The notes under the pieces were generated by a model. The model did no database searches and was not told where the DNA came from. It saw nothing but the letters and a program-made list of their open reading frames with translations. Below are positions 13,880-23,927 of a stretch of 64,000 nucleotides of DNA, in pieces (the stretch's first letter is position 1; each line of letters begins with the position of its first letter). Made by a program: the position numbers and the translations under genes. Where the stretch lies: NCBI GenBank assembly GCA_963767925.1, contig CAVYGB010000002.1:288001-352000 (forward strand). Direction: 5' to 3'. Source of the stretch: an uncultured delta proteobacterium. GTDB lineage: Bacteria > Myxococcota_A > Polyangia > Fen-1088.

Positions 13880-13962
13880 GGGCGGCGGCGACGGGAACGC
13901 GCGGGCTAGATCGTCACTGGTGCGTGATGCGAGGGCGCTGGCGCTGAGGCCCGGTGCGCTCC

Positions 13963-14098
13963 GGGGAGAGAAAGACTTGCCTGAGGGCTCGCCGGGTCTT
14001 ACAGCGCTTCGCGCTTGACCCTCTGTTCGCCGCTGGCGACTTCGCGCAGACGCGAAGTGCGCGGCTCCACTCGCCCTCAGACAAGTCTTCCTCTCCCC
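13963..14098. repeat. 136-bp element bounded by 26-bp inverted repeats (MITE-like or structured RNA)
   Basis: ggggagagaaagacttgcctgagggc ... gccctcagacaagtcttcctctcccc (2 mismatches); internal hairpin acttcgcg-caga-cgcgaagt. Confidence 0.65.
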
Positions 14099-14276
14099 TC
14101 CGCTCCCCTACCCTTTGGTCCATCACGGCGGCTGCTGGGCGGCATGAGGGGGTGGCGACGATCTTCCGGCGTGGATCGGCGCGTTTCCTGGCAGGCGCGG
14201 CGGTGAACGATCGGCCAGTTCCCGCGAGGGCGCGACGCTGAAGGAACGGCCCGTTCCCGCCAAGACGCGGGGGGGG

Positions 14277-15626
14277 TTACTGGGGGGGGAAGGAGGGGCC
14301 TACGGGTGGGGGTTCGAGGGCGGCGCCGGGGGGTGGGAGGGGGGGCAGCGGGGCGCCTGGTGGAGGCAGGACTGGGGGGCGCGTGGTGGTGGCGGCGGGG
14401 GGGCTTGTCGTCGGGGGGGGCGTGGGCGAGGTGGTGCCGCGCGTGGTGGTGGCGGCGGGGGGGCTTGTCGTCGGCGAGGGCGTGGGCGAGGTGGTGCCGC
14501 GCGTGGTGGTGGCGGCGGGGGGGCTTGTCGTCGGGGAGGGCGTGGGCGAGGTGGTGCCGCGCGTGGTGGTGGCGGCGGGGGGGCTTGTCGTCGGCGAGGG
14601 CGTGGGCGAGGTGGTGCCGCGCGTGGTGGTGGCGGCGGGGGGGCTTGTCGTCGGCGAGGGCGTGGGCGAGGTGGTGCCGCGCGTGGTGGTGGCGGCGGGG
14701 GGGCTTGTCGTCGGCGAGGGCGTGGGCGAGGTGGTGGCGGGCGACGGGGGGGTGGGGCGTGGGGTGGGGAGGGGGGGTGGGGTTGCGGGGGGGCGGGTGC
14801 CGAAGGGTGAGGGGGCGGGTGGGGGGAGCTGGGTGGCCTGGGCGGTGAGCGGGGGGGCGGCGTGAGACGGGGGGGGAGATGCGGCTCGAGGGGCGCTGGT
14901 TGGGGCGGCGGGGGGGGTTGGGTCGTTGACTTGTTGATAGCCGTTGTTGGGGGGGAGGGGGGACGTTGGCACGCTCGAGGGGGGGAGGCCGCCGTTGCCG
15001 GGAGGGCCTGGATCGCTCGGGATCGGCGGTTGGGGAGGGAGCGGGCTGGGAGCGTGGTTCGCTGCTGCGCTGGCGGGGGGGGGTGTGGCGGCGACGGCGT
15101 ACGGGGACGAGGACGCGGGGGATTTGGTGGTGGCGGGGGGGCGGCAGGCTACGGAGTAAGGGGTGGTTTGGCTGGCTACGTCGGGGTCCGTTTTTGTCAG
15201 GAGCTGGACGTAGTCGTCGAAGGCGCGGCGGGCTTCGGGGCAGCGGCCGGCTTCGCGCAGGGCGAGGGCGCGGCCCCACAGGGCGAGCGAGCGGCTGCGG
15301 AGGTCGGCGCTGATGAGGGCGGCGGAGGCGGCTTCGTAGGCCACGATGGCCTCGGTGGGGCGGCGGAGGGCGGAGAGGGCTTCGGCGCGGGTGTAGTGGG
15401 CCCAGCCGGAGCGGGGATCGGTCTGGATGGCGACGTCGGCCAGGGTGAGGGCCTCTTCGGGGCGGGCTTGCACGAGCGCGCGGGTGGCCCGTTTCATCAG
15501 GTTGGCGGTCGCGCCCGACGTGGCGCCGGGAGGAAGGGGGGCTTCCGTCGCGGCGCGGGCTGTCGCTCCGCTCAGGGTCAGCACGGCCACCGCCGCCACC
15601 AGCTCGCTCAGATGATTGAACCTCAT
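14277..15626 (-). CDS. Secreted TPR protein with a long Pro/Thr-rich repeat tail
   Basis: Signal peptide ending ARA; TPR-like helices (AHYTRAEALSALRRPTEAIVAYEAA); 20-aa repeats in the tail. Confidence 0.7.
   Translation of the reverse strand: MRFNHLSELVAAVAVLTLSGATARAATEAPLPPGATSGATANLMKRATRALVQARPEEALTLADVAIQTDPRSGWAHYTRAEALSALRRPTEAIVAYEAASAALISADLRSRSLALWGRALALREAGRCPEARRAFDDYVQLLTKTDPDVASQTTPYSVACRPPATTKSPASSSPYAVAATPPPASAAANHAPSPLPPQPPIPSDPGPPGNGGLPPSSVPTSPLPPNNGYQQVNDPTPPAAPTSAPRAASPPPSHAAPPLTAQATQLPPPAPSPFGTRPPATPPPLPTPRPTPPSPATTSPTPSPTTSPPAATTTRGTTSPTPSPTTSPPAATTTRGTTSPTPSPTTSPPAATTTRGTTSPTPSPTTSPPAATTTRGTTSPTPSPTTSPPAATTTRGTTSPTPPPTTSPPAATTTRPPVLPPPGAPLPPLPPPGAALEPPPVGPSFPPQ
14380..14736. 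repeat. Intragenic 60-bp tandem repeat, about 6 copies (TTSPTPSPTTSPPAATTTRG)
   Basis: Lines 14401-14701 repeat in register. Confidence 0.92.
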
Positions 15627-15784
15627 TCCCGCATCTCCTCGTCGCGCGTCTCGATCGAAGCCCGGAGGCGGGCGCACGCCACGTCGCGACAGCAGGAATC
15701 TGGGTCCTCCCCGCCGGAGGTGCCAGCGGACGCGGGCGTCAGAGGACCCTCAAACCCCGCGCAACAACAGCCGATGATCGCCGC

Positions 15785-16855
15785 ATGAACCCCCACGCTC
15801 ACAGCGGGAGCTGGTCCGACGACATCGGCGTCGGCGCCGTCCTCGACGACGCGTACCGGCTGACCCGTCAGATCAGCGAGGGGGCGATGGGGACGGTGTT
15901 CGAGGCGGTCCAGCTCCGCCTCAACAAGCGGGTGGCGCTGAAGATCATGGTCGCCGAGCTGGCCATGAACCCGGAGGCGCTGGCCCGCTTCCGGCGCGAG
16001 GTGGAGGTCACCTGCCAGCTCGGGCATCCGCACGTCATCCAGCTCCTCGATTACGGGACCACCCTCACCGGGCAGCCCTACCTGGTGATGGAGTTCCTGG
16101 AGGGCGAAGATCTCGAGCAGCGGCTGTACCGGGTCGGTCGCATGCCGCTGGTCGAGGTGGTGGAGCTGGTCCGCCAGGTGGCGTCGGCGGTCTCGCACAT
16201 CCACGAGCAGGGGATCGTGCACCGCGACCTCAAGCCGGCCAACGTGTTCCTGCTGCCGCGCGACCTGAGCGGCGACTTCGTGAAGGTCGTCGACTTCGGC
16301 ATCTCGCGGGTGGCCGCCGCCGAGAACAAGCTGACCCAGGCCTACACCATGGTCGGCACGCCCGAGGGGATGTCGCCCGAGCAGGCGACCGGCATGGTCG
16401 ACCAGGTCGACGCGCGCAGCGACCAGTGGGCGCTGGCCTGCATGTGCTGGCGCATGCTCGATGGGGCCCGCCCCTTCCCCGGGATGACCCTGGGGGACAT
16501 CATCCGGCAGATCGTCAACGAGGACCCCGCCCCCCTGCACCCTGCGGCCGACTGCCCGCTGCCGGTCGAGCAGGTGCTGCGCAAGGCCCTCTCCAAGCGC
16601 CAGGACGACCGCTTCCCCAGCGTGGCGGCGTTCTGGCGGGCCTTCGAGGACGCGGCCCGCCCGCCGTCGCGCCCGCTCGCGCGCACGCCGGTGTCGCCTG
16701 CGCCCGCCGTCGCCGTCCCCCGCAAGCCCACCGTCGTGACGTTCGGACTGCTGAGCCTCGTGTCGGTCGTCGCGGGGGCGACGATGTTCTACGCGGCCGA
16801 TCGCCTGCACGTCTTCGCGGAGATCCAGAAGCTGCTCTGGTTCTTCTACCGCTAA
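15785..16855 (+). CDS. Hanks-type Ser/Thr protein kinase with C-terminal TM helix
   Basis: VALK, HRDLKPAN, DFG and GMSPEQ motifs; hydrophobic C-terminus. Confidence 0.95.
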   Translation: MNPHAHSGSWSDDIGVGAVLDDAYRLTRQISEGAMGTVFEAVQLRLNKRVALKIMVAELAMNPEALARFRREVEVTCQLGHPHVIQLLDYGTTLTGQPYLVMEFLEGEDLEQRLYRVGRMPLVEVVELVRQVASAVSHIHEQGIVHRDLKPANVFLLPRDLSGDFVKVVDFGISRVAAAENKLTQAYTMVGTPEGMSPEQATGMVDQVDARSDQWALACMCWRMLDGARPFPGMTLGDIIRQIVNEDPAPLHPAADCPLPVEQVLRKALSKRQDDRFPSVAAFWRAFEDAARPPSRPLARTPVSPAPAVAVPRKPTVVTFGLLSLVSVVAGATMFYAADRLHVFAEIQKLLWFFYR

Positions 16856-16898
16856 GATCTTCCTTGTCCGCCCCGGTTTCGGTTTAGTCTCCGCCGGG

Positions 16899-17981
16899 AT
16901 GAGACGCGTGGGCGCAGCCCTGGCGGCCGGGGCCGCGGCGCTGGTTCTGGCCGCGCCGGCGGCGGCGCACCCCATGCCGTTCAGCACGCTCGACGTCCAC
17001 CTGCACCCGGACCACATCGAGGCGGCGCTGACCGCCCACGTGTTCGACCTGGGCCACGAGCTGGGGGTGGCCCCGCCCGAGCGGCTGCTCGACCCCGCCG
17101 AGGCCCGGCTGCGAACTTACGCTCTGACGGCCCTGCTGGCCCCCCGCTTCACCCTGCAGGCCGACGGGAAGGCGCTGGCCCCGCGCTGGTCGCCGCCCGA
17201 GGTGGTGGCCGACCGGCAGGCGCTGCGGCTGCCCCTGCGCTTCGAGCGGGGCGCCCCGGCGGTGCTGGCGGTGCAGGCGGACCTGTTCCCCTACGACCGC
17301 AACCACCAGACCTTCGTCAACGTGTACGAGGGGGACCGGCTGGTCACCCAGGCCATCGTCGACCGCACCCATCCCCGGGCCGAGCACTTCGCGGGCAGCG
17401 GGGCGGGGATCGCGGCGGTGGTGCGGCGGTTCGTGGCGGCCGGGGTGCACCACATCTTGATAGGGGCGGATCATATCCTGTTCCTGGTGGGGCTGCTCCT
17501 GCTGGGCGGCAGCCTGCGGCGACTGGTCCTGCTGGTCAGCGCCTTCACGATCGGGCACAGCATCACCCTGTCCCTGGCGGCGCTGGATCTGGCCAGCCCA
17601 CCGGCCAGCGTTGTCGAGCCGATCATCGCGCTGTCGATCGTCTTCGTGGGCGCGGACAACCTGCTGGCCCGGCGGGGGGCGCGCGACCTGCGGCCCCTGT
17701 TCGCCCTGGTGTTCGGGCTGGTGCACGGCTTCGGGTTCGCGGGCGTGCTGCGCGAGACCGGCCTGCCCGCGCGCGGCCTGGGCTGGGCGCTGTTTTCTTT
17801 CAACCTCGGGGTGGAGATCGGACAGCTCCTGGTGGTGGTGGTCGTGGCGACGGGGCTGGCGGCGCTGCGATCGCGCAGCGAGCGGGCCGGTCAAAACCTG
17901 GCGCGGGCGGGGTCGGTGGTGGTGGCGGCGGCCGGCGTGTTCTGGTTCATCGAGCGGGTCTTTTTTGGAGGCACTTCATGA
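16899..17981 (+). CDS. HupE/UreJ family membrane protein
   Basis: Signal ending AAAH; GVHHILIGADHILF, FTIGHSITL, FGLVHGFGFA and FNLGVEIGQ motifs. Confidence 0.92.
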   Translation: MRRVGAALAAGAAALVLAAPAAAHPMPFSTLDVHLHPDHIEAALTAHVFDLGHELGVAPPERLLDPAEARLRTYALTALLAPRFTLQADGKALAPRWSPPEVVADRQALRLPLRFERGAPAVLAVQADLFPYDRNHQTFVNVYEGDRLVTQAIVDRTHPRAEHFAGSGAGIAAVVRRFVAAGVHHILIGADHILFLVGLLLLGGSLRRLVLLVSAFTIGHSITLSLAALDLASPPASVVEPIIALSIVFVGADNLLARRGARDLRPLFALVFGLVHGFGFAGVLRETGLPARGLGWALFSFNLGVEIGQLLVVVVVATGLAALRSRSERAGQNLARAGSVVVAAAGVFWFIERVFFGGTS

Positions 17982-18883
17982 AACGTATCCTCGTGCTCGG
18001 GACAATCCTCCTGGTGGGCGGCCTGTCGCTGGTGGCGTCGGCGCTGCAAGCCCCTCCGCAACCGCCCCCGGCCGCCAAGGTGGCCGTGATCGAGAAGGTC
18101 AAGGACAACCTGTTCATGATCAAGAACGGCGGCGGCAACACCGCGGCCTTCATCACGGAGAAGGGCGTGGTGGTTGTCGACACCAAGCTGGCCGGCTGGG
18201 GCCAGGCCATCCTCGACCAGATCAAGACGGTGACCGACAAGCCGGTGTCGATGATCATCAACACCCACACCCACGGCGACCACACCGGCAGCAACGAGTT
18301 CTTCGGGGCCAGCGTCGAGACGGTGGTGCAGGAGAACACCAGGGCCAACATGGAGAAGATGGAGGCCTTCCAGGGTGACAAGGCCCAGTTCCTGCCGAAG
18401 AAGACCTACAAGGACAAGCTCTCGCTCGGCAAGGGCAAGGACAAGATCGACCTCTATTACTTCGGGGCCGGCCACACCAACGGCGACACCTTCGTCGTGT
18501 TCCCCGCGCTGCGGGTCATGCACGCGGGCGACATGTTCGCCGGCAAGGGCACGCCCTACATCGACACGCGCAACGGGGGCAGCGGCGCCGACTACCACAA
18601 GACGCTGGCCAAGGTGGTCTCCGGCGTCAAGCGGGTCGAGACGGTCATCCCCGGCCACAGCACGGTCATGACCTGGAACGACTTCAAGGAGTTCGCGGCG
18701 TTCCACAAGGACCTCTTCACCTGGGCCAAGGGGCAACACAAGGCGGGCAAGACGGTCGACGAGGCAGTCGCGGCCTATCAGCTCCCGGAGAAATACGCGG
18801 CCTACACCGTGCGCAAAGAGGGCGGCGGCTCCTTCAAGAGCGCGCTGCAGGCGATGTACGACGACCTGACGCCCAAGAAGTAG
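17978..18883 (+). CDS. Secreted MBL-fold metallo-hydrolase (cyclase-like)
   Basis: NTHTHGDHTG, GHTNGD, AGD and IPGH motifs; overlaps the upstream stop (ATGA). Confidence 0.92.
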   Translation: MKRILVLGTILLVGGLSLVASALQAPPQPPPAAKVAVIEKVKDNLFMIKNGGGNTAAFITEKGVVVVDTKLAGWGQAILDQIKTVTDKPVSMIINTHTHGDHTGSNEFFGASVETVVQENTRANMEKMEAFQGDKAQFLPKKTYKDKLSLGKGKDKIDLYYFGAGHTNGDTFVVFPALRVMHAGDMFAGKGTPYIDTRNGGSGADYHKTLAKVVSGVKRVETVIPGHSTVMTWNDFKEFAAFHKDLFTWAKGQHKAGKTVDEAVAAYQLPEKYAAYTVRKEGGGSFKSALQAMYDDLTPKK

Positions 18884-18963
18884 GGTCGTCCCCGCAGCCG
18901 CGGGGTGGCAGGGACCCGATCGCGCAGGCCCACCGGCGCGCGATCGGGACCCACCTTCCGGGC

Positions 18964-19197
18964 ATGCCGATCCGCACCGACGTCAGCGAAGATCCCAAGG
19001 GCGATCCGACGAAGATCCTCCCCAACCAGCCCGACCCCACCCGCCGCGACGACGAGGTCGAGCCCCTGCTCCCCCGCCGCTCCGGCACCGCCGCCCCACC
19101 CCCGCCCCCCGGGCGGGCGGCCCAGACGCCAGGCGACCGCCGCGGGGTCGACAAGGCCCGGGATAAGGACGCCGACAGGGACGGAAAGAAGCCCTGA
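18964..19197 (+). CDS. Small Pro/Asp-rich hypothetical protein
   Basis: 77-aa ORF with GC-rich third positions; no recognisable motif. Confidence 0.4.
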   Translation: MPIRTDVSEDPKGDPTKILPNQPDPTRRDDEVEPLLPRRSGTAAPPPPPGRAAQTPGDRRGVDKARDKDADRDGKKP

Positions 19198-19291
19198 GCG
19201 GCGTGCAGTCCTGCACCGCCAGGCGGGCCAACGCGGGCGGACCGCTCGCCGTTCGGTACAGGCGCTGTTCATCGCGCTGTTCATCCTCTCT

Positions 19292-19709
19292 TCACCCTCT
19301 CCCGCGGTTTGCCGTGGGGAGAGCGCAGAGTGAGGGGGGGTGCCTCGCCGGAGGCCCCTCACCCCTCCCTCTCCCCGCTGCCGCGGGGCGAGGGCGAACG
19401 GGCAGCGGGGAGCAGAGATCTCGGGCGGGTGCACCCTGGATCGCCTTCGGAAAATGAACGGACTTCCTGGCCAGTTGTTCGCCCTCGCCCCCCGGCAGCG
19501 GGGAGCAGAGATCTCGGGCGGGGGCACACCTGGATCGCCTTCGGAAAATGAACGGACTTCCTGGCCAGTTGTCCGCCTTCGCCCCCCGGCAGCGAGGTGC
19601 CGGGTTTTCGGGCGGGGGCACCGCTGGATCGCCTTCGGAAAATGAACGGAGCTCCTGGCCAGTTGTTCGCCCTCGCCCCGCGGCAGCGGGGAGAGGGAGG
19701 GGTGAGGGG
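19292..19709. repeat. Composite repeat: family B REP, then perfect 45-bp inverted family A REPs enclosing three 94-bp units
   Basis: 19355-19399 and 19665-19709 are exact reverse complements; tggatcgccttcggaaaatgaacgg recurs at 19437, 19531 and 19625. Confidence 0.9.
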
Positions 19710-19723
19710 TCTCTGGTCGCTCG

Positions 19724-20671
19724 TCAGCGCTGGCAGTGGGGGCAGTAGAAGGTGGCGCGGGCTTCCTGGACGAGGCGGGTGATGGTGCCCTGGCGGCAGC
19801 GGGGGCAGCGCTCGCCGGCGCGGTCGTAGACCCGGAAGGGGTTGGGGCCGGCGGGCTCCTCGACGTAGCGGACGTCGCGGGGCCTGGTGCGGTCGCCGAT
19901 GTCGGCGAGGAGCTTCTTCAGGGTGTAGGCGATCGAGGCCTGGATGCCGCGGGCCAGGCGGCCCACTTCGACCGGGGTGAGCGAGTGGCCGGGGCGCCGG
20001 GGGTCGAGGTGGGCGCGGAACAGAGCCTCGCTGGCCTGGATGTTCCCCACGCCGGGGACCAGGCGCTGGTCGAGGAGCTGGGGCTTGATCGGCTTTCCGC
20101 TTCGGGCGAGTCGCTCGGCCAGGTGCGCGCGGTCGACGCCGTCGGCCAGCGGATCGGGGCCCAGCGCCGCCACCGCCGGGAGCGCCCCGAAGGCGGCGCC
20201 CGCCACGGCCCGCATCCGCCCGAACAGGCGCAGGTCGGCATAGTGCAAGGTGGTCCCGCCCGACAGGTCGATCTGCACCCGGGAGAAGCGGGGCGCCTCG
20301 GCGCCGGTCTCGCGCCGCAGCCACTTGCCCGACATCCCGAGGTGCGACCAGAGCCCGATCTTCGTGGCCGCTCCACCCCGCCCGCTCGCGCCCCGCTCGC
20401 CTGCCCCACTTCGCTTGCCCGCTCGCGCCTGGCCCCGGCGACCGCCATCGGCAGCGCCCGCCTTTCCTTGCCCGGCCGGGCGCAGCTCGATCAGCAGGTG
20501 TTTGCCGCGGCGATCGAAGCGGACGAAGCGGGCGCCGACCAGGCGGGCCAGGGCGGGGCCGCCGCTGGCGATGATCCGCCGGTCGAGGACGGTCACCTTG
20601 CGCACGTCGCGGCCGTGGGCCCAGGCCTCCAGGCAGCGCCGCGCGGTCTCGACCTCGGGAAGCTCCGGCAT
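19724..20671 (-). CDS. mutM: Formamidopyrimidine-DNA glycosylase (Fpg)
   Basis: MPELPEVE, RRGKHL, HLGMSG, GVGNI and C-terminal CPRC...CPHCQ zinc finger. Confidence 0.95.
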   Translation of the reverse strand: MPELPEVETARRCLEAWAHGRDVRKVTVLDRRIIASGGPALARLVGARFVRFDRRGKHLLIELRPAGQGKAGAADGGRRGQARAGKRSGAGERGASGRGGAATKIGLWSHLGMSGKWLRRETGAEAPRFSRVQIDLSGGTTLHYADLRLFGRMRAVAGAAFGALPAVAALGPDPLADGVDRAHLAERLARSGKPIKPQLLDQRLVPGVGNIQASEALFRAHLDPRRPGHSLTPVEVGRLARGIQASIAYTLKKLLADIGDRTRPRDVRYVEEPAGPNPFRVYDRAGERCPRCRQGTITRLVQEARATFYCPHCQR

Positions 20672-20747
20672 CAGCGCACCGCCGACGTCGTGAGGTTCCC
20701 GCCACCGGCGAGCCGACCGTCCCCGCCACCGGCGAGCCGACGGTCCA

Positions 20748-21542
<795 letters not shown>

Positions 21543-21550
21543 CCCCGAAA

Positions 21551-21716
21551 GCTAGTGCACCGCAGTCGAAATAGCGTCAAGGATCCGCCGACAAGCCTGC
21601 GGCCCCGCGAGGCGCGACGACGACGAATATCCGGCATATTCCGGGGAGGAGCAACGAAGCGAGGGCGCAAGATGGTCGGCGCAGCCTTGACGATATTTCG
21701 ACTGCGGTGCACTAGC
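21551..21716. mobile_element. Putative 166-bp MITE with 32-bp terminal inverted repeats and CTAG at both ends
   Basis: gctagtgcaccgcagtcgaaatagcgtcaagg ... ccttgacgatatttcgactgcggtgcactagc (1 mismatch); imperfect pairing continues inward. Confidence 0.7.
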
Positions 21717-21856
21717 GCAGACCCCTCCCCGACCGGTGTTGGGCGGCAGAATCTTTCTCGCCGGGCGAGCGGGGTGCTTCACACTGGACCGATGCGATCC
21801 AGGCCGCCGGCGAGAGGTGCCACCCGGGCTGCGCGCGCGATCCCCCCGGGGCGGCG

Positions 21857-22786
21857 ATGAGGCGGGTGCGGGTGGCCGCGGCGCAGGTGGCGCCCGTGTA
21901 CATGGATCGGGCGGCCACCCTGGCGAAAGCCGCCGACACCGTGCGGGAGGCGGGCCGCAACGGGGCCGAGCTGGTGGTGTTCCCCGAGGCGTTCGTGCCG
22001 GGGTACCCGTTCTGGGCCATGACCCTCGACCCGATGTCGATCAATCCCCACCTGCAGCGGCTGTACGCCGAGGCGGTGGAGATCCCCTCGCCCGCGCTCG
22101 ACGGGCTGCGGGACGCGGCCCGGGAGACCGGGGCCAGCGTGTGCCTGGGCCTCAGCGAACGGGTCGGGGGGACGCTGTTCAACAGCCAGCTCGTCCTGGG
22201 GCCCGACGGCGCCATCGTGGGCCGCCGGCGCAAGCTGATGCCCACCAGCCACGAGCGCATGGTGTGGGGGCGCGGCGATGGCAGCGATCTGCGCCTGTTC
22301 GATCTGCCCTTCGCCCGCACCGGGGCCCTCATCTGCTTCGAGCACGCCAACGCCCTGTTCCGCTACGCCCTCATCGCCCAGGGCGAGGAGATCCACGTCG
22401 CGATGTGGCCCGGGCTGGGGGGGATCAGCCCGGTTGTCGACGCCGCCTGCCGCCACCACGCCTTCGAGGCCCAGGCCTTCGTGATCAACGTGACCTCGCT
22501 GCTCACGCCCGAGATCCTGGCCGCCCTCGGCCCGGGCGGCAGCGCCGGCAAGCTGCAGGCGGGGGGTGGCTACACCGCCATCGTCGCGCCCCGGGGGGAC
22601 TTCCTGGCCGGGCCCGCCCGGGAGGGGGAGACCATCCTCTACGCCGAGCTCGATCCCGCGCTGATCGATCGGGCCAAGAGCATCGTCGACTCCGCCGGGC
22701 ACTACGCCCGGCCCGACGTGGTGACGCTGCACCTGAACCAGGCGCCGCAGACGCCGCTCGTCGTCACGGGCGGCGGGGACCACTAG
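21857..22786 (+). CDS. Nitrilase (carbon-nitrogen hydrolase)
   Basis: Glu-Lys-Cys triad: FPEAF, RRKLMPT, LICFEH; C-terminal GHYARPD. Confidence 0.93.
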   Translation: MRRVRVAAAQVAPVYMDRAATLAKAADTVREAGRNGAELVVFPEAFVPGYPFWAMTLDPMSINPHLQRLYAEAVEIPSPALDGLRDAARETGASVCLGLSERVGGTLFNSQLVLGPDGAIVGRRRKLMPTSHERMVWGRGDGSDLRLFDLPFARTGALICFEHANALFRYALIAQGEEIHVAMWPGLGGISPVVDAACRHHAFEAQAFVINVTSLLTPEILAALGPGGSAGKLQAGGGYTAIVAPRGDFLAGPAREGETILYAELDPALIDRAKSIVDSAGHYARPDVVTLHLNQAPQTPLVVTGGGDH

Positions 22787-22824
22787 GGTCGCTGCCCGGG
22801 CGGGCCCGCGCTATCTTCACGGGC

Positions 22825-23373
22825 ATGGCGAGGACGATGCGGAGCGGTCGCGCGGCCCTGCTGCTGCTGGGTCTGCAGGGGCTGCTGCCGGCCCGGGCGT
22901 GGGCGGCCAGCCCGGCCGAGACGGCGGAGGCGGCCCGGCGCGAGGGGGGCGCCATGTACGAGGCGCTCCGGCTGGGGCGGCTCGAGGCGTTCGCGGGGTA
23001 CACCTACCCAGGGGTGGTCAAGCAGATGGGGGGCAAGGCGGAGATGGTCGCGGTCCTCCGCAAGGGCATCGCCGACATGGCGGACCAGGGCTTCCGGTTC
23101 GTGTCGGGCAAGGTCTCTCCGCCGGTGCAGATCGTGAAGGCGGGCAAGGAGGTCCACGCCCTGCTGCCGATGGCCCAGGTGCTGTCGGCGCCGGGGGGCG
23201 AGCTCCACCTCAGCGGCCACCTGCTCGGCGTCTCGGCCGACGGAGGCAAGACCTGGACCTTCATCGACACGGCGAAGCTGACGCCCGAGGAGGTCCGCGA
23301 GGTGCTGCCCACCTTCAACACCGAGCTGAAGCTGCCCCGCAAGACCGACCCGAAGTTCATCCCGAAGAAGTGA
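22825..23373 (+). CDS. Secreted hypothetical protein
   Basis: Signal peptide ending AWA; ...YTYPGVVKQMGG...GVSADGGKTWTFID; strong coding bias. Confidence 0.75.
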   Translation: MARTMRSGRAALLLLGLQGLLPARAWAASPAETAEAARREGGAMYEALRLGRLEAFAGYTYPGVVKQMGGKAEMVAVLRKGIADMADQGFRFVSGKVSPPVQIVKAGKEVHALLPMAQVLSAPGGELHLSGHLLGVSADGGKTWTFIDTAKLTPEEVREVLPTFNTELKLPRKTDPKFIPKK

Positions 23374-23448
23374 GGGGGGTCGCCGGAGGCCCCTCACCCG
23401 GCGCGCAGACGCGCCGACCTCTCCCCACGGCAGACCGCGGGGAGAGGT

Positions 23449-23872
23449 GATGGCCCGGCGCCCCCACGGCTCACCGCGGGCAGAGGGGATGGCCCGGCGC
23501 CCCCACCGCTCACCGCGGGCAGAGGGGATGGCCCGGCGCCCCCACGCTCACCGCGGGCAGAGGGGATGGCCCGGCGCCCCCACCGCTCACCGCGGGCAGA
23601 GGGGATGGCCCGGCGCCCCCACCGCTCACCGCGGGCAGAGGGGATGGCCCGGCGCCCCCACGCTCACCGCGGGCAGAGGGGATGGCCCGGCGCCCCCACC
23701 GCTCACCGCGGGCAGAGGGGATGGCCCGGCGCCCCCACGGCTCACCGCGGGCAGAGGGGATGGCCCGGCGCCCCCACGCTCACCGCGGGCAGAGGGGATG
23801 GCCCGGCGCCCCCACCGCTCACCGCGGGCAGAGGGGATGGCCCGGCGCCCCCACGGCTCACCGCGGGCAGAG
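23449..23872. repeat. Tandem array of 11 units of 39/38 bp following a family B REP (about 23390-23450)
   Basis: Unit gatggcccggcgcccccac(c/g/-)gctcaccgcgggcagaggg. Confidence 0.95.
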
Positions 23873-23927
23873 CTTCTCCACGCGGACCGCGAGGCGACGG
23901 GGGAAGAGGCGGGGGTATGCTGGGCGG

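Noticed and set aside
23447..23872. Repeat-encoded N-terminal extension of the methyltransferase, or a CRISPR array
   Set aside because: The 38-bp units shift frame and there are no spacers; the start at 23928 is more plausible.
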